DNA of 64,000 bases from Chloroflexota bacterium (GTDB taxonomy: Bacteria; Chloroflexota; UBA11872; VXOZ01): NCBI GenBank assembly GCA_964291655.2, contig OZ219802.1, positions 32,001 through 96,000 of the forward strand, written 5' to 3'. Below are positions 58,068 through 64,000 of the stretch, piece after piece. The notes beneath the pieces were generated by a model that saw only the letters and a list, made by a program, of their open reading frames with translations, searched no databases and was not told where the DNA came from. A program made the translations under genes and the position numbers. The first letter of the stretch is position 1. Each line of letters starts with the position of its first letter.

Positions 58068-61000
58068 ATGACCGGTCAACTCTTCACACAGTATTTTCTT
58101 ACCGAAGGCATCACCGCAACTGCCGCATGGGACGAGTCTTGTTCTGACCAGCAGGCCTATGACGCGTTCAAGCGGTCCCTGAGCAATATCCTGAGCAGCA
58201 TAGTCTCCCAGAACAATCCCAACGAATCGGTCACCGAGCAAGAGGTCGTTCGGCCGATTCTGAAGTTGCTCGGTTGGCGCGAATACTTACCGCAACAGGG
58301 CGCTGACAGCAATTTGATCATCCCCGATCACCTGCTGTTTACGGATGGCGAGGCAAAGAGCAGGGCAATGGCGCGGGCCAACTCTACTGATGGTTTCCAA
58401 GACGCCTTGGCGATTGAGGAGAGCAAGCGGTTCGGCCTGCCGCTAGACAACCGCGATCAGACCGACACCAGGCAGATAGGCACTCCCCACGGCCAGATTT
58501 TGCGGTATCTGGCGGAAGCGGAGCCGGTCTCCGACGGACGCTTGCGCTGGGGCATCCTAACCAACGGCGCCGTTTGGCGCCTCTATGATTACCGTTCTCG
58601 TCCCCGCGCTACAGCCTTCTACGAAGCAGATCTGCAAACCATTCTGGGCAGCAAAGACGACCATGCTCTGCGCGCCTTCTACTTGCTCTTCAGGCGGGAT
58701 TCTTTCGTTCCGCAAGCGGGAGCCGCTACGACTTTTCTCGAGCACGCCATCGCGGAAGGCAAGCGTTACGAGCAACAGGTGGCCGCGGACCTTTCCGAGG
58801 TAGTGTTCGAGCGCGTCTTTCCTACCTTGGTCAGCGCTCTTGCGGGTGGTTCCACTTTGGATGAGGACGTGAGCGAAGACTTCGCTGGTCCCCGGCACGC
58901 GGCTCTCATCTTTCTCTACCGGCTGCTCTTCATTCTCTACGCCGAGGACCGCGGCCTCCTGCCGGTCCACGACTCCCGTTACGACGACTACGGGCTGCGC
59001 AAGCGCGTGCGCGACGACGTCGCCAAGCGCATGCAGGATGGAGATGCCTTCTCCAGCATGGCAAAGAACTACTACGACCGTTTGGTCACGCTGTTCACGT
59101 TGATTGACGCCGGCGATCCCTCCATCGGCCTCCCGCCCTACAACGGCGGTCTCTTTGCCTCTGATGCTGCGCCGCTGTTGCAGCAGGTCCGCTTGGCGGA
59201 TGCGGTCGTGGCGCCCATAATCTATGACCTGAGCCACACCCGCAGCACGCGCAGGGACGAGACCGGGCGTTCATTCGTCAATTACCGCGACATGTCCGTG
59301 CAGCAGCTTGGCTCGATTTACGAGCGGCTGCTGGAGCAGGAACCGGTGCGCGGGGCTGACGGCGCCATCACCACGCGGCCTAATCCCTACGCCCGCAAGG
59401 ATAGCGGCAGCTTCTACACGCCTCAGGAGCTTGTGGACCTCATCGTTGAGAAGACGGTAGAACCTCTGGTGGAGGAACGCCTCGCGGCATTCGAAGAGAA
59501 GGCCGGTAAGCTCAAGAGCGATCGCCGTTCGAAGGCGGAGCGACGACAGGAATTGGCGGCGCTCGACCCGGCGGAGGCCGTGCTCGACCTGAAAATTCTC
59601 GATCCTGCCATGGGCAGCGGCCACTTCCTGGTCACGGCCGTGGACTTCCTCGCCGACTACATCGCCGACTTGGTCGAATACGTGCCCGGCGTGCCGGACT
59701 GGCTCGCAGGTGTCGGCGATGTTTACGTTTCGCCATTGTTGGCACGCATCGCCCACATCCGGCAAGAGATCTTGGAGCGGGCGCGTGAGTCTCATTGGAC
59801 CATTGACGCGGCCCAGCTCACCGACCAGGCTTATCATCCGGCGCATGGTGCTGAAGCGCTGCATCTACGGCGTGGACAAGAATCCCTTGGCCGTGGAGCT
59901 GGCCAAGGTCTCGCTCTGGCTCCATAGCTTCACCGTCGGCGCGCCGCTCTCGTTCCTGGACCACCACCTGCGTTGCGGCGACTCGCTGCTGGGCATGCGT
60001 GTGACGGAGGCCGTTGACGAACTGAATCGACTGGGCGGCTTGGCCGCATGGTCAGCTATGACAGGCGCGGAGAATGCCGCCGCGGGCATGCAGCGCATCG
60101 AGTCCCTTTCTGATGCCGACGTGGCCGAGGTGCGGGAGTCCGCGGCGCTCTTTCAGGGCGTGGAAGAGACCACCGCCGAACTCCGCGGCCTGCTTGACAT
60201 ACTCTGCGGCATGCGCTGGCTGACGGCGGGCTTGAAGAAAAGCGAGCGCACGCTCTTCGAAGCGCCGCTATTCGAGATGCTCGGTCAGCGGCCCAATGAC
60301 GCTTTCAAACTCCTATCCCACGGGCCGGAAGTCCGTCATACCGGCGGCGGCGCTCCCATCCGTCATTCCGGCGCACCTATCCGTCATTCCGGCGAAAGCC
60401 GGAATCCATCCTCATCCGCGTCTTCCGGTAGCGCAGGTTCGCAACCTGCGTCCGACGAGGGCAGAGAATCGGCGGACGATGCGGGCGGGCATGGTTCCGC
60501 GCTACGCCACCATTCCCGCGCAAGCGCCTCGCTCCGTCATTCCCGCGAAAGCGGGAATCCATCTTCCTCCGAATCCGTGGACTCGCCTGCCAGCGGGAAC
60601 CCATCTTCCCCGCCTAAGATGGACTCCCGTTTTCACGGGAGTGACGACCAAGAGTCTGCCGCGCCATCCTCCGGTAGCGCAGGTTCGCACGAGATGTGCG
60701 CGCAACCTGCGTCCGCCGCCGCATCCTCTGGTAGCGCAGGTTTGCAACCTGCGTCCGAAGAGGGCAAGGACCCGGCAACCGACACAATTGGAGAAACCCT
60801 CACCCAAGAATTCGCAACCCTCTGGCATCGCGCCAAGACCATCGCCGACCGGGAGACCTTCCTGCACTGGGAGGTGGCGTTTCCGGGGGTGTGGCAAAAG
60901 TGGCAAGACGCGCATCCGGCCGGCGGTTTCGACGCCGTGATCGGCAATCCGCCCTGGGACCAGATCGAGCAACTTGAGAAGGAGTGGTTTGAATATCGAG

Positions 61001-62577
61001 ATGTCGAGATAAGGCAGGCAAGAACTGGATCGCAAAGGAAGGCATTAATTCACAGGAAAAGAACGGAAGGCGACAGTATAGCCATCCAGTACAACCTAGT
61101 CCGAGAGCATGCAAAGTCCATGCGACAGTTTGTACGTTCGTCTGGCAATTATCCCCTACTAAGTGGAGGTCGCATTAATTTCTATTCGCTCTTCGTGGAG
61201 CGCGCCCTGCACCTCGTGAATGCTAACGGCCTGGTTGGCCTGCTCACCCCCTCCGGCATCTATGCCGACAAGACCGCGGCCAAGTTCTTCAAGTCCGTTT
61301 CCACCCGTGGGCACGTGGCCGGGCTGTACGACTTTGAGAACAGAAAGATTTTCTTCAAGGAAGTGCACGCCTCGTTCAAATTCTGTGCCCTCATCGTTGG
61401 CGGCAAGGCACGGCAGTTCGACGAGACCGCGTGCGCATTCTTCCTCCACGACACCAAGACTACAGAGGACCCCGACCGCTGTTTCCCACTCGCGCCTGAT
61501 GACTTCGCCCGCGTCAATCCCAACACCGGCACCGCCCCGGTCTTCCGCACCCGCCGCGACGCCGACATCACCCGCGCCGTCTACGCCCGCCACCCCGTGC
61601 TCGTTGACCACTCCGACGGCACCGAGCAGAAGACTTGGCCGGTGCGATATATGCAGGGGCTTTTCAACATGACCTCAGACTCCCACCTATTCCGTACCGC
61701 CGCGCAACTAGACGAAGAAGGCTTCTACCCCGTCCAAGGCAACCGCTGGAAGAAGGGGGATGCGGACTACTCGCCGCTCTATCAAGGTCGAATGATTCAA
61801 AAATATGACCACCGCTTTAATTCTGTTCGATTCAATCCAGAGAGCACAATCAATCCCTACCTAAGCGAGGAAGTTACAGAGCTTCAGCATGTTGATCCAG
61901 AATTCCTGCCTAGAACCCAGTATTGGGTACCGGAGCAGGAAGTAAGGGCCAAATTGCCCGGCAAGTCTGGATGGACGATCGCCTATCGTCGTTCTTCCCG
62001 ATCCACTGACGTCAATACAATGATCGCAACAGTCTTACCCTCTATCGGAGTCGGAGATAGCGTATTCCTTCTGAATCCTGAGAGTGGACTGACTGCGGCT
62101 GACGGATGTATTCTTGTCGCCAATCTCAACAGCTTTGTGCTCGACTATGTTACCCGCCAGAAGATTCAGGGCACAAATCTCAGTTGGTTTATTGTCGAGC
62201 AACTCCCCGTGATCGCCCCCGCCGGCTACGACCGCAAATTCGGGGATACCACCGCCCGCGCTCTCGTCCGCGACCACGTGTTGAAACTCACCTACACCGC
62301 CCACGACCTGGCGCCGTTCGCCCGTGACCTCGGCTACAGCGGTCCGCCCTTCATCTGGAACGAAGAAGAGCGCCGCCACCTCCGCGCCCGCCTCGACGCC
62401 TGCTACTTCCACCTCTACGGCATCTCCCGCGACGACGCCGCCTACATCCTCAGCACCTTCCCCATCGTCCAACGCCAAGACCAAGCCGCGTTCGGTACCT
62501 ACCGCACCCAAAACCTCATCCTCGCCTACATGAGCGCCCTCCAAGCCGGCGATACAACAATCATCGTTGATCTCTAG
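58068..62577 (+). pseudogene. Type IIG (Eco57I-like) fused restriction endonuclease / N6-adenine methyltransferase, split by a +1 frameshift near 59831
   Basis: PD...EESK nuclease motif, ILTNG..WRLY, YNGGLF, LGSIYE, SGSFYTP, LDPAMGSGHF (motif I) in ORF 58068-59927; IYGVDKNP, IGNPPW (motif IV) and C-terminal region in ORF 59710-62577; span 4510 nt = 3n+1. Confidence 0.88.
60331..60790. repeat. Cluster of REP-like palindromes inside the R-M coding sequence
   Basis: CGTCATTCCGGCGAAAGCCGGAATCCA (60382-60408), CGTCATTCCCGCGAAAGCGGGAATCCA (60535-60561), inverted copy TGGACTCCCGTTTTCACGGGAGTGACG (60620-60646), and GGTAGCGCAGGTT(C/T)GCAACCTGCG (60427-60450, interrupted copy near 60673-60711, 60730-60753). 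Confidence 0.85.
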
Positions 62578-62752
62578 GTTCTGTGAAAATTTGCAGTATA
62601 CTGTATATATGTCAACGGTGACCCTATCTTCCAAACAATAGTCGCACATCTACGCGTTTCTTTGCAGCCAGCCGGATGTGTTCAAAAGTGGAACTTCGTG
62701 ACCAAGTAGACGATGGGATCTGTTCTGTGTGCGCTCAAAATCAGGCATTACA

Positions 62753-63607
62753 ATGTCGCTAAACAAGAAAGACGTATGGGCGGACCTAAGGTATGCCCTC
62801 GATGAACTGGAAAGACCGTCGCGCGATATTCATAGCCGCTTGACTGATGCAGCAAACTTAGATGCACAATCTGACGATGAATTTCACAAGAGACTCCTTC
62901 AGATTGGACTACTCTCCACAGCATACTTTAAGGCTAGAGCAAGGGCGGAGACGAGGAATGCTCACGAAGCAATCGAGAAGGGCCTAAAGGCGATTCTGAT
63001 AGACGGCGGCCTGTCACAGGAACACGTTCGTTCTCGCGGGCACGAACTACACCGACTGCTAGCGGACATTCAACAACACAACCCAACGGCATTCAATGAA
63101 CTAGAGCGATGTTTTGAAAGCACCATCCAGTATCTGGAGAGCGTCACAACCCTCCAGCACAACACAAACATTGTTGACTATTTCCAAGAATTTGGTAAAG
63201 CCGAAATCTTTGTAGCAAATAGGTACACGAGTATCGAGGGTAATAGCGACAAGTACGGAATGATTGGCTGTGTCTATCGTGAGATTATACGTGCTCTATT
63301 GTCGCTTATATTTGGCTGGACCCCCAAAGACATAGGCTCCCGCATCGAGGAAGAGGCAAGGAAGGCAATACTGTCCGAGAGCAAACTTGATCCGGCGTGG
63401 GACGCAACGGAATGGTTAAAGCAGGGACCTGTTCGGCCACGACTAGAAGTCATCGCAAACCTAGACAATAATAGAGTGCTTCTTGCTGCGGTGCGAAGGT
63501 GTGCAAGAGAGCCTAAGGATAGCGCGATTCAGCTTTGGGCTCAGACGCTAAGGCACAATCGCATCATTGAAAAAAGAAAGGCGCGAGCTGAGCACCCGGT
63601 TGGGTAG
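62753..63607 (+). CDS. HEPN-like domain protein
   Basis: HEAIEKGLKAIL...GHELHRLL...NRY resembles the HEPN pattern AEKxLKA...HDL...RY; AT-richer than flanks. Confidence 0.6.
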   Translation: MSLNKKDVWADLRYALDELERPSRDIHSRLTDAANLDAQSDDEFHKRLLQIGLLSTAYFKARARAETRNAHEAIEKGLKAILIDGGLSQEHVRSRGHELHRLLADIQQHNPTAFNELERCFESTIQYLESVTTLQHNTNIVDYFQEFGKAEIFVANRYTSIEGNSDKYGMIGCVYREIIRALLSLIFGWTPKDIGSRIEEEARKAILSESKLDPAWDATEWLKQGPVRPRLEVIANLDNNRVLLAAVRRCAREPKDSAIQLWAQTLRHNRIIEKRKARAEHPVG

Positions 63608-63729
63608 GATACGATATATCGCCTCTGACATCGCCTGTCCCGTTTGCCACAGAGTACCACTAGTACACGATTCAATAGGCTATTGATTGATGAGCATGAG
63701 TGCACCAAAACGCAAATTGGTATTAGACG

Positions 63730-64000
63730 ATGTCGCGAAATAGGACCCCCGCCGAACAAAAGCACGACTACATTTGCTCTATGGGCAGCCCTCTTGGTGA
63801 GGTCTACTATTCCCTTTGGCAGGACGTGGCATGGCTACATGTCAAGTGGGACGAGTACGTCCAGTTGTACGGTACCAAACCCGAACAGGTTGATCTGTTG
63901 AACACTACTGCTCGGTTCTTCTTCAAAGTGGTTCACGAAGTTCTCTGGTCTGACATTCTACTGGGCATTGCCAGGCTCGTAGACCAACCGAAATCTGGAG
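63730..64000 (+). CDS. Partial ORF, AbiU2-like HEPN protein (runs off the window)
   Basis: Translated by hand: MSRNRTPAEQKHDYICSMGSPLGEVYYSLWQDVAWLHVKWDEYVQLYGTKPEQVDLLNTTARFFFKVVHEVLWSDILLGIARLVDQPKSG; open to the window end; not in the ORF track. Confidence 0.55.
   Translation, partial: MSRNRTPAEQKHDYICSMGSPLGEVYYSLWQDVAWLHVKWDEYVQLYGTKPEQVDLLNTTARFFFKVVHEVLWSDILLGIARLVDQPKSG

Noticed and set aside
60331-60790. CRISPR array or intein
   Set aside because: Two mixed repeat types with irregular spacing and both orientations, no cas genes; no Cys/Ser start or His-Asn end of an intein
58068-62577. BREX PglX or DISARM methyltransferase
   Set aside because: Has an N-terminal PD-ExK nuclease and no brx/pglZ or drm genes in the window; type IIG fits better
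62591-62620. LexA/SOS box (CTGTATATATGTCAAC) before the HEPN gene
   Set aside because: The right half is not ACAG, and this lineage is not expected to use the proteobacterial box

Overview
A 64 kb GC-rich bacterial chromosome segment. The atpE sequence and gene content suggest Chloroflexota, which is an inference from sequence only. From 1 to about 46 kb it is mostly housekeeping: priA-gmk-rsgA-tig-tRNA-Gly, yebC-ruvCAB, the F1Fo atp operon followed by murA and mreB/mbl, a wecA/tagO-like gene, rfbB, rfbD, and DtxR and CsoR regulators. Catabolic oxidoreductases are interspersed, as is a + strand run of orphan nitrile-hydratase-alpha-like gene, Gfo/Idh/MocA, CehA/McbA hydrolase, archease, RtcB, AIR-synthase-like gene and LtaE. 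From 46.9 kb everything runs on the + strand and looks accessory: (i) a partner-switching signalling cassette (STAS, REC-PP2C, RsbW-like kinase, orphan solute-binding lipoprotein, HAMP histidine kinase); (ii) a circularly permuted ATP-grasp / alpha-E / transglutaminase peptide-tagging operon with an ammonium transporter embedded in it; (iii) a defence-like region with a type IIG (Eco57I-like) restriction-modification gene and two HEPN-like genes. The R-M gene carries a +1 frameshift, an in-frame insertion of about 150 codons made of REP-like palindromes, and AT-rich variable blocks. The best candidates for novelty are the Amt-containing ATP-grasp operon next to the SBP/HK partner-switch cassette, the REP-invaded mosaic R-M gene, the orphan NHase-alpha, and an ATPase-dead PriA. 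All family calls come from recognised motifs, not database searches.
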